64,000 nt of DNA from assembly GCA_963736695.1 (NCBI GenBank), contig CAVTPU010000004.1:2139961-2203960 (forward strand). The letters are read 5' to 3'. Numbering within the stretch: position 1 is the stretch's first letter; each line of letters starts with the position of its first letter. The notes under the pieces were generated by a model. The model was not told the DNA's origin, did not search any database, and saw only the letters and a list, made by a program, of their open reading frames with translations. This document shows, in pieces, positions 42,997 to 53,416 of the stretch. The translations under genes and the position numbers were made by a program. This DNA is from an uncultured Actinomycetota bacterium (lineage in GTDB: Bacteria; Actinomycetota; Actinomycetes; Mycobacteriales; Micromonosporaceae).

Positions 42997-44835
42997 TCAC
43001 CCGGCGACGTCGCAGGTTTCGGCGAGTTCCAGCCACGACTCCTCTGCGGCCTGCCGCTGGGCCTGCACCTCACGAAGCTTCGCGTCGAGCTCGCTCACCT
43101 TGGCGAAGTCGGTCGCGTGTGCGGCGAGCTCCTCATGCAACCGCGCTTCCTGCTGATCCCACTTGCTGATCTGCCGCTCCAGACGGCTCAGTTCCTTTTT
43201 CGCGACACGCAACTCCCCCGCGCCCAACCGGCCGTCACCCGGACCCCCGCCCGGCCCAGCCGCTTCGGCCGCGCCCCGCACCGGGCCGCTCCCGGCAGGC
43301 GTGGTGTCGCCAAGGCCGGCTGCGTCGCCCTGCATCGCCAGAAACTGATCGATCCCACCGGGCAGATGGGTGAGCTGACCATCGCCGGAGACCGCATAGA
43401 CCGTGTCACAAACCCGCTCGACGAGATAACGGTCGTGGGAGGCGATCACCATCGTGCCGGGCCACGTGTCGAGCAGGTCCTCCAACGCGGCCAGCGTGTC
43501 GGTGTCGAGGTCGTTGGTCGGCTCGTCGAGCAGCAACACGTTTGGTTCGCCGGCGAGCAGGCGCAACAGTTGCAGCCGCCGACGCTCCCCGCCGGAGAGA
43601 TCCGCCACATGTGTCCACAATCGACCTTCGGTAAAGCCGAAGACCTCGGCGAGTTGCGACGCGGAGAGGTCCCGGCCGCCGAGATTCACCCGCCGGGCGA
43701 CCTGTTCGACGGACTCCAACACCCGCGCCCCGCCGGGCAGTTCCGCCAGTTCCTGGGACAGGAACGCGGTGCGCACCGTCGTGCCGACCGTCACCGAACC
43801 CTCGTCCGGGGTGCGCCGCAAGGCAAGCAGATTGAGCAATGTGGACTTGCCCGCGCCGTTGGCACCGATGAGGCCGATCCGGTCGCCCGGACCAACAAGC
43901 CAATCGACATGATCGAACAGGGTACGGGCACCCACTCGCACGGTGGCCCCAGAGAGCTCGAAGACCTGTTTGCCCAGGCGTGCGGTGGCGAGCCGGTGCA
44001 GCGACACGGCGTCTCTCGGCTCGGGCACGTCGGCGATGAGCGCGTTCGCCGCGTCGATGCGAAACTTCGGCTTGGAGGTGCGCGCCGGTGGGCCGCGGCG
44101 CAGCCACGCGATCTCCTTGCGCAACAGATTTTGCCGACGCGACTCGGTCGCGGCCGCCACTCGCAGCCGCTCCGCGCGGGCAAGCGTCCACGCCGCGTAC
44201 CCACCCTCGTAGGACCGCACGGTTCGATCCGCGACCTCCCACGTCCGGTCGCAGACCTCGTCGAGAAACCACCTGTCGTGGGTGACCACCACGAGCGTCC
44301 CACCACGACCGCGCAGATGGCCGGCGAGCCACGCGATGCCCGCCACGTCGAGGTGGTTGGTCGGCTCGTCGAGCACCAACACATCCCACGACCGCACGAG
44401 CAGCGCGGCCAGCGCCACCCGGCGGCGTTCCCCACCCGACATCGAGCCCACCGGTGCGTCCAACCCGAGACCCGGCATGCCGAGTCCCGACAGGACTGTC
44501 CGAATGCCGGCGTCGCCGGCCCATTCGTGTTCGGCGACGAAGGCGGCGGGCAGCCACGCGTCGCCGACCACCACCCCCCGCACTGTCACCTCAGGGGCGA
44601 AATCCATGCTCTGGGGCAGCGTCGCCGCCCTCAGGTCGCGGCGATGGCTGACCCGACCGGCATCGGGCTCCTCAGCCTTGGTGAGCAGTTTCAGCAGGGT
44701 CGACTTGCCCGTGCCGTTGAGCCCGACCACGCCGACCCGCTCGTTGTCGTCGAGTCCCAGCGAGACATCGACGAGGAGCGGTCCGGCCGCGCCGTACCCT
44801 TTGCTCACCTTGTCAAGGCTGATAATGTTCGCCAC
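42997..44835 (-). CDS. ABC-F family ATPase (Uup-like, with a C-terminal coiled coil)
   Basis: Two NBDs without TM domains (GLNGTGKST.../LSGGERRR twice) and the tail ...RVAKKELSRLERQISKWDQQEARLHEEL.... Confidence 0.88.
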   Translation of the reverse strand: MANIISLDKVSKGYGAAGPLLVDVSLGLDDNERVGVVGLNGTGKSTLLKLLTKAEEPDAGRVSHRRDLRAATLPQSMDFAPEVTVRGVVVGDAWLPAAFVAEHEWAGDAGIRTVLSGLGMPGLGLDAPVGSMSGGERRRVALAALLVRSWDVLVLDEPTNHLDVAGIAWLAGHLRGRGGTLVVVTHDRWFLDEVCDRTWEVADRTVRSYEGGYAAWTLARAERLRVAAATESRRQNLLRKEIAWLRRGPPARTSKPKFRIDAANALIADVPEPRDAVSLHRLATARLGKQVFELSGATVRVGARTLFDHVDWLVGPGDRIGLIGANGAGKSTLLNLLALRRTPDEGSVTVGTTVRTAFLSQELAELPGGARVLESVEQVARRVNLGGRDLSASQLAEVFGFTEGRLWTHVADLSGGERRRLQLLRLLAGEPNVLLLDEPTNDLDTDTLAALEDLLDTWPGTMVIASHDRYLVERVCDTVYAVSGDGQLTHLPGGIDQFLAMQGDAAGLGDTTPAGSGPVRGAAEAAGPGGGPGDGRLGAGELRVAKKELSRLERQISKWDQQEARLHEELAAHATDFAKVSELDAKLREVQAQRQAAEESWLELAETCDVAG

Positions 44836-44919
44836 CCGCGGGCCTCACTTGTCTCGGATCAGGTTTCGTGCTGACGGCGAGCCTGCCGCACCGGCGATTA
44901 TGACGCGCGAGGCGGATGC

Positions 44920-45867
44920 TCAGATGAGACGGGCGCCCGGCACCGGCCCGTGCGCGCTGCGCACCACGCGGCCGACCCCGCGTGTGTCGATGTCGGCCGA
45001 CACCGTCGCGGCGTGGTCGCCGTCGCGGCACAGGAAGACGCACGTGGGGCCGGATCCGGAGACCAGGCCGGCCAGCGCCCCCGCACTGGCTCCCGCGTCG
45101 AGAGTCTGCCGCAGATGGGGGCGCAGCGACAACGCCGCCGGCTGCAGGTCGTTGACCAGGCCCTCGGCGAGCACTCGTGGATCGTGCTGGCGCAGGGCTG
45201 CGAGCAGGTGCTCGGGGCTGCCCGCGGGCGGCGGCGGGGTGGACTCGGTGCGCAGCCGATCGAGTTCGTGATAGACCTCGGGGGTGGACAGCCCCCCGTC
45301 GGCGATCACCACCACCCAGTGCCACGCGTGACCGGAGGCGAGCACGGGACTGACCGCCTCGCCCCGGCCGGTGCCGAGCGCGGTGCCGCCAAGCACGAGG
45401 AACGGCACATCGGAGCCGAGATCGGCGGCGAGGCTGGCCAACTCCTCCCGGTTGAGACCCGTGCCCCACAGCGCGTCACAGGCGACGAGGGTGGCGGCCG
45501 CGTCGGCGCTGCCGCCGGCGAGCCCGGCCGCGAGCGGGATCTGCTTGCGCAGATGCAGTCGGACGGTTGGGGCGTGTCCGGTCGCCTCGGCGAGCGCGTG
45601 AACGGCCTTCACCGCGAGATTCGTGTGATCGAGCGCCAACTGCCCGGCGCCCTCGCCATCCATCGTCAGCGCGAGTGTCTCGGCCGGACGGGCCGAGATC
45701 TCGTCATAGATCGAGATGGCGTGATAGACGGTGGCGAGCTCGTGATAGCCGTCCGGGCGCAGCGGTCCAACCCCGAGATGCAGGTTGATCTTGGCTGGCA
45801 CGCGAACCTTGACCGGGCCACGCGCGGCCGGGCGAGGATGGTCGTCCTCCCACAGCGGTTCGCTCAC
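44920..45867 (-). CDS. ispE: 4-diphosphocytidyl-2-C-methyl-D-erythritol kinase
   Basis: ...VRVPAKINLHLGVG...IPLAAGLAGGSADAAA... Confidence 0.92.
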   Translation of the reverse strand: MSEPLWEDDHPRPAARGPVKVRVPAKINLHLGVGPLRPDGYHELATVYHAISIYDEISARPAETLALTMDGEGAGQLALDHTNLAVKAVHALAEATGHAPTVRLHLRKQIPLAAGLAGGSADAAATLVACDALWGTGLNREELASLAADLGSDVPFLVLGGTALGTGRGEAVSPVLASGHAWHWVVVIADGGLSTPEVYHELDRLRTESTPPPPAGSPEHLLAALRQHDPRVLAEGLVNDLQPAALSLRPHLRQTLDAGASAGALAGLVSGSGPTCVFLCRDGDHAATVSADIDTRGVGRVVRSAHGPVPGARLI

Positions 45868-45918
45868 GACGGGGTGTCCCCTGTCGACTCCGTCGGCTGC
45901 GCGATCATGGGACGCAGT

Positions 45919-46821
45919 TTACCCGCGTGAGGGGGGTGACGGGTGCGCCGCCGCGATCGCCGCGAACTGGGCGACGTCGAGCTGCTCGCCACGCGCGGTC
46001 GGTGGCACCCCGGCCCGGGTGAGGATCTCCACCGCCGCGTCGGCACCGCCAGCCCATCCGGCCAGAGCCGAACGCAGCATCTTTCGGCGCTGCGCAAAGG
46101 CTGCGTCGACGACGGCGAAGACGACCCCTCGCGACGGTGTCGGCCCCAGCCGGTCCGGCACCTGCGGCGGGTCGCGGCGGGTGAAGGCGACCAGGCCCGA
46201 CTCCACGTTGGGGGTGGGCCAGAAGACGCTCGCGGGCACCCGACCGGCCGACTTGGCCGTGGCGTGCCAGGCGAGCTTCACGCTCGGCACGCCATAGACC
46301 TTGGAGCCTGGTGGGGCGATCAGCCGGTCCGCCACCTCCAGCTGCACCATGACCAGTCCGTGCCGCAACCCCGGCAACTCGGCGAGCAGGCGCAGCACCA
46401 CGGGAACCGCCACGTTGTAGGGCAGGTTGGCCACCAGCGCGGTCGGCGTCGGCACGAGGTCGGTGGCGACCACCGTGAGCGCGTCGCGGTGGTGCACCCG
46501 AAGCCGATCGGCCCAGCCGGGCGCCCGCCCGGCCGCCGTCTCCGGCAGTCGGGCGGCGAGCGTGGCGTCGATCTCGACCGCGTGCACACACGCCGCGGCC
46601 GGCAGCAGCGCCAGAGTGAGCGAACCGAGGCCGGGCCCCACCTCGACCACCACGTCGGTCGGGTCGACGCCGGCGGCCTTGACGATGCGGCGCACCGTGT
46701 TGGGGTCGTGGACGAAGTTCTGGCCCAGGGTTTTGGTGGGGCGCACACCGAGCGCCGTCGCGAGATCACGGATCTCGGCGGGACCGAGCAGCCTCGGCGG
46801 TTCGACTGTCGAGTGAGTCAT
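45919..46821 (-). CDS. rsmA: 16S rRNA (adenine1518/1519-N6)-dimethyltransferase
   Basis: The start is [18 protein letters not shown]...[17 protein letters not shown]...[10 protein letters not shown] at 46821. The track ORF extends upstream through the tandem repeat. Confidence 0.9.
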   Translation of the reverse strand: MTHSTVEPPRLLGPAEIRDLATALGVRPTKTLGQNFVHDPNTVRRIVKAAGVDPTDVVVEVGPGLGSLTLALLPAAACVHAVEIDATLAARLPETAAGRAPGWADRLRVHHRDALTVVATDLVPTPTALVANLPYNVAVPVVLRLLAELPGLRHGLVMVQLEVADRLIAPPGSKVYGVPSVKLAWHATAKSAGRVPASVFWPTPNVESGLVAFTRRDPPQVPDRLGPTPSRGVVFAVVDAAFAQRRKMLRSALAGWAGGADAAVEILTRAGVPPTARGEQLDVAQFAAIAAAHPSPPSRG

Positions 46822-46850
46822 CGGCCCACCGCGGTCGGGTTCCGCACCAT

Positions 46851-46904
46851 CGGGCACGTCAACACCGTCGGGCACGTCAACACTGTCGCCGCACGTCAAC
46901 GCCA
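46851..46904. repeat. Three tandem 18-bp repeats spanning the tatD stop codon and the tatD-rsmA spacer
   Basis: cgggcacgtcaacaccgt / cgggcacgtcaacactgt / cgccgcacgtcaacgcca. The third copy contains the tatD TGA (46896-98). Confidence 0.8.
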
Positions 46905-47759
46905 CGGGCCGAAGACGCGCTCGCCGTTGGCCGAGATCGTGGCGCACAGTTCATCGAGGTCGGCGCCGGTGACCTCCGCGAGGGTCGCGACGGTCAACGG
47001 CACCAGATAGGACCCGTTCGGCCGTCCCCGAAACGGCACCGGGGTGAGAAACGGGGCGTCCGTCTCGACGAGCATCTGGTCGCGCGGCGTGACCGCCGCG
47101 GCCTCGCGAAGGCCGACAGCGTTGGCGAAGGTCAACGTGCCGGCGAAACTCAAGACAAAACCGCGGCGTACGCACTGCGCGGCGAACTCGGCGTCACCGG
47201 AGAAACAGTGGAAGACGACCGTCTCCGGCGCACCCTCGTCGTCGAGCACCCGCAGCACGTCGGCGTGCGCGTCCCGGTCATGGATCACCAGTGTTTTGCC
47301 GGTGTTCTTCGCGATGGCGATGTGGGCCCGAAAACTCTGTTCCTGAACAGCGCGGCCGTTCTCGCCCGTACGGAAATGGTCGAGTCCGGTCTCGCCGATG
47401 CCTCGCACCCGGGCGAGCGCGGCGAGCGCCTCGATCTGGCGCAGCGATTCGTCGAGATCGGCCAGGCGTGGGGCTTCGTTGGGGTGCAACGCCACGGTCG
47501 CCAGGACGGCCGGCTCCCGTTCGGCCAGGCTCGCGCCCCACTGCGACGAGGCGACGTCGATGCCCACCTGCACCAGGCGGTCGACCCCCACCCGCGCGGC
47601 TTGGGCGATCTGCTCGGCCGGGTCGGTGCCGACGATGTCGAGATGGGCGTGACTGTCCATAATGGCCACCGACAATGGCGGCGGTTCCGGTGGTGGCTCG
47701 CCTCGGCGCCCGGCGGCCCGCGCCGGATGCGAGGCCGAGGTGGTGTTGTGTGCGGTCAT
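46896..47759 (-). CDS. tatD: TatD-family metal-dependent hydrolase (DNase)
   Basis: ...MDSHAHLDI...ETGLD...LVIHDRDAH...FHCFSG...ETDAPFL... Confidence 0.9.
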   Translation of the reverse strand: MTAHNTTSASHPARAAGRRGEPPPEPPPLSVAIMDSHAHLDIVGTDPAEQIAQAARVGVDRLVQVGIDVASSQWGASLAEREPAVLATVALHPNEAPRLADLDESLRQIEALAALARVRGIGETGLDHFRTGENGRAVQEQSFRAHIAIAKNTGKTLVIHDRDAHADVLRVLDDEGAPETVVFHCFSGDAEFAAQCVRRGFVLSFAGTLTFANAVGLREAAAVTPRDQMLVETDAPFLTPVPFRGRPNGSYLVPLTVATLAEVTGADLDELCATISANGERVFGPWR

Positions 47760-47833
47760 CGTGGCAGAAATCCTATCCGGCCGGGTTGGACGGCCGATGC
47801 CGACACCAACCCGGCGGCGGGCGTGGCGTCGGA

Positions 47834-48349
47834 TCAGTCTCCGGTGACCCCGTCGACGCGTTCCCGAATCAGGTCCGCGTGCCCGTTATGCCGGGCATAT
47901 TCCTCGATCATGTGCAGATAGACCCATCGCAGGCTGTGGTCTCCACGGGGGTGACTGAACGTGCTGTCGAGCGGAATATTGGCGACCGCCTGTTCGGCCA
48001 GCCGGCACTCCTGTTGGAAAGTCGCGATATCGGCCGCCGCGTCGGCGGTGCCGACGTCGTCGAAGTCGCCGTCGGGGCTCTCCTCGGTGCAGAAGACGTC
48101 GGTCAGCTCCTCGCCCGCCGCGCGCCGGCGAAACCACCAGCGTTCGACCTCGGTCATGTGCCGCACGAGGCCGAGCAGGGTGAGTGCCGACGGCGGCACC
48201 TCCCGACGGATAAGTTGCTCGGCCGTGAGCCCCGCGCACTTGAGCAACAGGGTCTGCCGGTGAAAGTCGAGCCAACTGGTGAGCAGCGCCCGCTCATCGC
48301 CGACTTTGAGCGTCAGCGGGCGGGCGATCTCTGGTGCTGTCCATGTCAT
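47834..48349 (-). CDS. DinB/DUF664-family protein (mycothiol-transferase-like fold)
   Basis: The start is MTWTAPEIARP... at 48349. ...LLGLVRHMTEVERWWF... and ...HMIEEYARHNGHADLIRE... are typical of DUF664. Confidence 0.75.
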   Translation of the reverse strand: MTWTAPEIARPLTLKVGDERALLTSWLDFHRQTLLLKCAGLTAEQLIRREVPPSALTLLGLVRHMTEVERWWFRRRAAGEELTDVFCTEESPDGDFDDVGTADAAADIATFQQECRLAEQAVANIPLDSTFSHPRGDHSLRWVYLHMIEEYARHNGHADLIRERVDGVTGD

Positions 48350-48400
48350 CGGTCGATCATGTAGGTCGCCGCATGCGACACGCCACCGGTTTACCTTTGT

Positions 48401-48470
48401 CGGCGCGATCATGAAGCTAGTTGTCATGATCGGACCGTCGATCATGGGCACCAGCTTCATGATCGCGCCG
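48401..48470. repeat. 70-bp nested perfect palindrome in a divergent intergenic region
   Basis: The outer 18-bp arms are cggcgcgatcatgaagct (48401-18) and agcttcatgatcgcgccg (48453-70). The inner 8-bp arms are catgatcg (48425-32) and cgatcatg (48439-46) around a 6-nt loop. Confidence 0.85.
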
Positions 48471-48526
48471 AAAAGGGTTCAGCCGGCGTTCACCCGACCT
48501 CCCGCCGCCTCGGTTAGGTTCGCACC

Positions 48527-49627
48527 GTGGTCATGCTCGACGAGCCAACGACCTCGGCCACCGCGAACCCGCCCGGCGGACCAGAGGACCAGCCTCTGCT
48601 CGCCCCGGTCACCCCGATCACGAGCTGGGCATGGGTGCACGGACAAGCCCAGACTCCCATGCGCAACCTGGACAGCCCGTCCGAATATGCCCCGATCACC
48701 GCCATCCGCCGAACCGCCACCATCCGCTGCGGCACCCGGATGGTCAAATTGCTCACCCCCCGCCAGGTCTCCGCACACCTCCACGGACGCCTGCCCAGCG
48801 GATTCTGTCACCGGGCCTACGACCTTGATGACGTACGCGCGGCCGGGGACCTCGCCACCTTGATCGGCCCCCAGATGCCCACCCGATCAACCAGCGCACC
48901 CGTCTTCGGCCTCCGCTGGCGTGCGGTCGGTCCCGGCGATTTCCATATCCCCTTCTCGTCTCCGGTCAACGGGCTCCCTTCCTATCCGGGCCTCGCCCGG
49001 CTTCCGCCCCACGATCGGGTCGGCCCGCCGGTGCTCGGCACCGGTTTCGCCCCGAGCGTGCGGCACCTGGTGCCGGAGTTCGTCACGGCCGACTTCGCTG
49101 ACGTGCCGCTGACGACCGGCGCCTCGATAGTCGCCTTTCTGCCCGACGGCGAAGAGGTCACGCTCTATCACTATCTGCCCGAGCAACGCGCGTGGAACCG
49201 CATGGTCGCTCGCCAATGGCGCCACGTGCTCGCCGATATTCCGGACATCGCCATCGACCAGGACTACCTGCCCTGCTCGCCTGACCACAGTGCGGGCATG
49301 AGTCTGGTCGGCGAGTCGGGCGGGCAGATCGTGGCGGCGCTCGCGGACCCGCCCGCCACGTTCCGAGTGATGGCTCGGGCGCGGGTCGCCCAACTGCCGG
49401 TCGAGACGTTGTTCCGCAGCACCACGTATGCGAGTTGGCGCACCGCGGCGTGCACGGTGGTGCAGACTCGCGACGACTGGATCCGACTGCGCATCTGCCG
49501 GCCCGATGAGCACAGTGTGCCCGTGCTCGGCGCCCGATGCGTGGAGCGCGGAGTCTATGAAGTGTGGGCGCCCGTGTCACAGGTGCGCGAACTTCGCCAA
49601 GTCGACGTCGGTTATGACCTGACCTGA
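48527..49627 (+). CDS. Hypothetical protein (366 aa) with no domain recognised
   Basis: This is the only non-Arg-rich frame across the interval, and its composition is balanced (W, Y, F, D, E present). The start is uncertain. Confidence 0.5.
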   Translation: MVMLDEPTTSATANPPGGPEDQPLLAPVTPITSWAWVHGQAQTPMRNLDSPSEYAPITAIRRTATIRCGTRMVKLLTPRQVSAHLHGRLPSGFCHRAYDLDDVRAAGDLATLIGPQMPTRSTSAPVFGLRWRAVGPGDFHIPFSSPVNGLPSYPGLARLPPHDRVGPPVLGTGFAPSVRHLVPEFVTADFADVPLTTGASIVAFLPDGEEVTLYHYLPEQRAWNRMVARQWRHVLADIPDIAIDQDYLPCSPDHSAGMSLVGESGGQIVAALADPPATFRVMARARVAQLPVETLFRSTTYASWRTAACTVVQTRDDWIRLRICRPDEHSVPVLGARCVERGVYEVWAPVSQVRELRQVDVGYDLT

Positions 49628-49654
49628 CGCCGCCGCGGACGGGGGAAGCAGCCC

Positions 49655-49724
49655 GAGAAGGGGGCGCCACCAAGAGAAGGGGGCGCCCGCCGACGCGGTC
49701 AGTCCCTGAGGTCAGCCCATGAGG

Positions 49725-49733
<9 letters not shown>
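49655..49733. repeat. Short direct repeats in the convergent spacer and across the metG stop codon
   Basis: gagaagggggcgcc occurs twice (49655-68 and 49674-87). Three 13-bp units g(c/a)ggtcag(t/c)cc.. follow (49695-707, 49708-720, 49721-733), and the last contains the metG TGA. Confidence 0.75.
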
Positions 49734-51544
<1,811 letters not shown>

Positions 51545-51659
51545 GGTCACCAAGCGTAGTAACTGCCCCCAGCCGAACGCGAACCGGTTATCCACCCGTC
51601 TTGTCCGATCTGCCCGACACGCGCCAACCTCCACCCATCAGCCGGAGACCGGGTGTCCA

Positions 51660-52472
51660 ATGACGATTGTGAGCGAACTGGACGATGACCCCCAGATCCC
51701 CACGGACTCCCGGCACTACCGTGTCGTCCGCCAAGTCCCGGCCCCCACCGAACAGGCCAGCACCGAACAGGCCAGCGCAGGGCCCCCGAAGGCCTTCGGG
51801 GGGCTGTCGAAGGCCCAGCCGTCCCGAGCCCCAGACAGCGAGTGGGACCCGCCCCAACCACGGGCGTCCGATGACCACGCCGACCCAGCACCACCACGCG
51901 GGCGGCCGCCCCGGGGACCGCGTGTGCGGCGCCGATGGCGGGCGGCCGCCGTGCGGGCCGCCGTCGCGCCACGCTGGGCGGCCGCGCCGGCATTGGTCGG
52001 CTTCGCGCTCGCGGCCGCCTTCTTCGCCTGGGTCAGCGCCGAGCCGTTCTGGCTCTCCGTCGGCCACAGCACCACGGGCACCGCGACGGTGCACTCGCCG
52101 GGGGACCCCAACGTAACCTCGCCTGCCGGCACCCCTGGCGGGGCGTGTGTCGTTCGTTTCGTCGCCGTGGGCGGGGCGTTCGCCGCACCCGCCGTCGAAC
52201 TCGTCGGCCCGCGGCCCGCCGCGTGCGTCGCCGGCCGGCAACTTCCGGCCCGCATGGTCTCGCGACGGGGGCAGCACGCCTATGTCACCGACTCCGCCGG
52301 CCTGACGCTGCGTTGGATCGTCGGTCTCGCCCTGATCCTCGCCTGCGGCGTCGGCGTGGCCTGGGCGACCGGTGCGGTGATGTTTCCGCGTGGCCGACGA
52401 CGGGTTGCGGTGGCTCTATGTTTCGCCGGGCCGCTGATCATCGCGGTGGGGTTGCTCGCCGCGATGGCCTGA
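51660..52472 (+). CDS. Pro/Arg-rich membrane protein (3 predicted TM helices), function unknown
   Basis: The ATG at 51660 has GGAGA upstream. The protein has a duplicated PTEQAS unit and the TM segment AAPALVGFALAAAFFAWV.... Confidence 0.5.
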   Translation: MTIVSELDDDPQIPTDSRHYRVVRQVPAPTEQASTEQASAGPPKAFGGLSKAQPSRAPDSEWDPPQPRASDDHADPAPPRGRPPRGPRVRRRWRAAAVRAAVAPRWAAAPALVGFALAAAFFAWVSAEPFWLSVGHSTTGTATVHSPGDPNVTSPAGTPGGACVVRFVAVGGAFAAPAVELVGPRPAACVAGRQLPARMVSRRGQHAYVTDSAGLTLRWIVGLALILACGVGVAWATGAVMFPRGRRRVAVALCFAGPLIIAVGLLAAMA

Positions 52473-52490
52473 GCCGACGCTGGCGGGTGA

Positions 52491-53369
52491 TCACTGGGCT
52501 GCGGCGTGACGAGCACGCACCACCACGTCGTACACGTCGCGTTTAGGCAGCTGGTGTCGGAGCGCGACGGCGGCGATCGCCTCTTTGCGTCCCTGGCCGT
52601 CGCCCTCGGCCCGCGCGACCTGCGCCGCGAGGTCGGAGTCGCTCGGCCGCACCGCCCGGCCGACCGGCGCCCCGGCGACGACCACGGTGATCTCGCCGCG
52701 CGGCGGTGTGGCCTGCGCCCATCGCGTGAGCTCACCGAGTGGGCCTCGGCGAACCTCCTCGTACGTTTTGGTCAGCTCGCGGCACACCGCGGCCACGCGG
52801 TCCGCGCCGAAACCCGATTCGAGATCGCCGAGCGACGCGGCGATGCGGTGCGGCGCCTCGAAGAAGACCATCGTGCGTGGTTCGGCGGCGAGGCTGGCGA
52901 TGCGGGCCCGTCGTTCGCCCCCCTTGCGGGGCAGAAAGCCCTCGAAGCAGAACCGGTCGCTCGGCAGACCCGAGAGGGCGAGCGCGGTGGTGACCGCCGA
53001 CGGGCCGGGCACGGCCGTCAGCGGCAGTCCGGCGTCGAGTGCCGCCTGCACGACACGAAAGCCGGGATCGGAGACGCTCGGCATGCCGGCGTCGGTGACC
53101 ACCACGACGGTCGCGCCTTCCGCCGCCGCGGAGACAAGCTCCGGCGTACGGCGATCTTCGTTCGCTTCGAAGTAGGAGACCACCGAGGCGGTCACCTCCA
53201 CGCCGAGATCATGCGCGAGCCGGCGCAGCCTTCGGGTGTCTTCGGCGGCGATCACATCGGCGGTGATAAGCGCGTCGCGCAGCCGCGCGGACGCGTCCGC
53301 GACGTTGCCCAACGGGGTGCCGACGAGGACGATTCGACCTTCGGTGTGCTGGTCCGCCACGGTGCCCAT
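52491..53369 (-). CDS. rsmI: 16S rRNA (cytidine1402-2'-O)-methyltransferase
   Basis: ...GRIVLVGTPLGNVADAS...IAAEDTRR.... Confidence 0.9.
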   Translation of the reverse strand: MGTVADQHTEGRIVLVGTPLGNVADASARLRDALITADVIAAEDTRRLRRLAHDLGVEVTASVVSYFEANEDRRTPELVSAAAEGATVVVVTDAGMPSVSDPGFRVVQAALDAGLPLTAVPGPSAVTTALALSGLPSDRFCFEGFLPRKGGERRARIASLAAEPRTMVFFEAPHRIAASLGDLESGFGADRVAAVCRELTKTYEEVRRGPLGELTRWAQATPPRGEITVVVAGAPVGRAVRPSDSDLAAQVARAEGDGQGRKEAIAAVALRHQLPKRDVYDVVVRARHAAAQ

Positions 53370-53416
53370 TCTGTCCCGACCGAGAGTCGGGCACGGCAGC
53401 GGCCTACGATCGCGGA

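Noticed and set aside
42958-44874. 638-aa plus-strand ORF, plus several 200-390-aa ORFs in the same region
   Set aside because: They are antisense or out of frame to the ABC-F gene, which has unambiguous Walker and signature motifs.
48401-48470. Met/Ile-rich mini-ORFs on both strands of the palindrome (MKLVVMIGPSIMGTSFMIAP / MKLVPMIDGPIMTTSFMIAP) as possible leader peptides
   Set aside because: The two peptides mirror each other simply because the DNA is palindromic and rich in ATCATG. There is no RBS and no attenuator logic linked to a Met or Ile gene.
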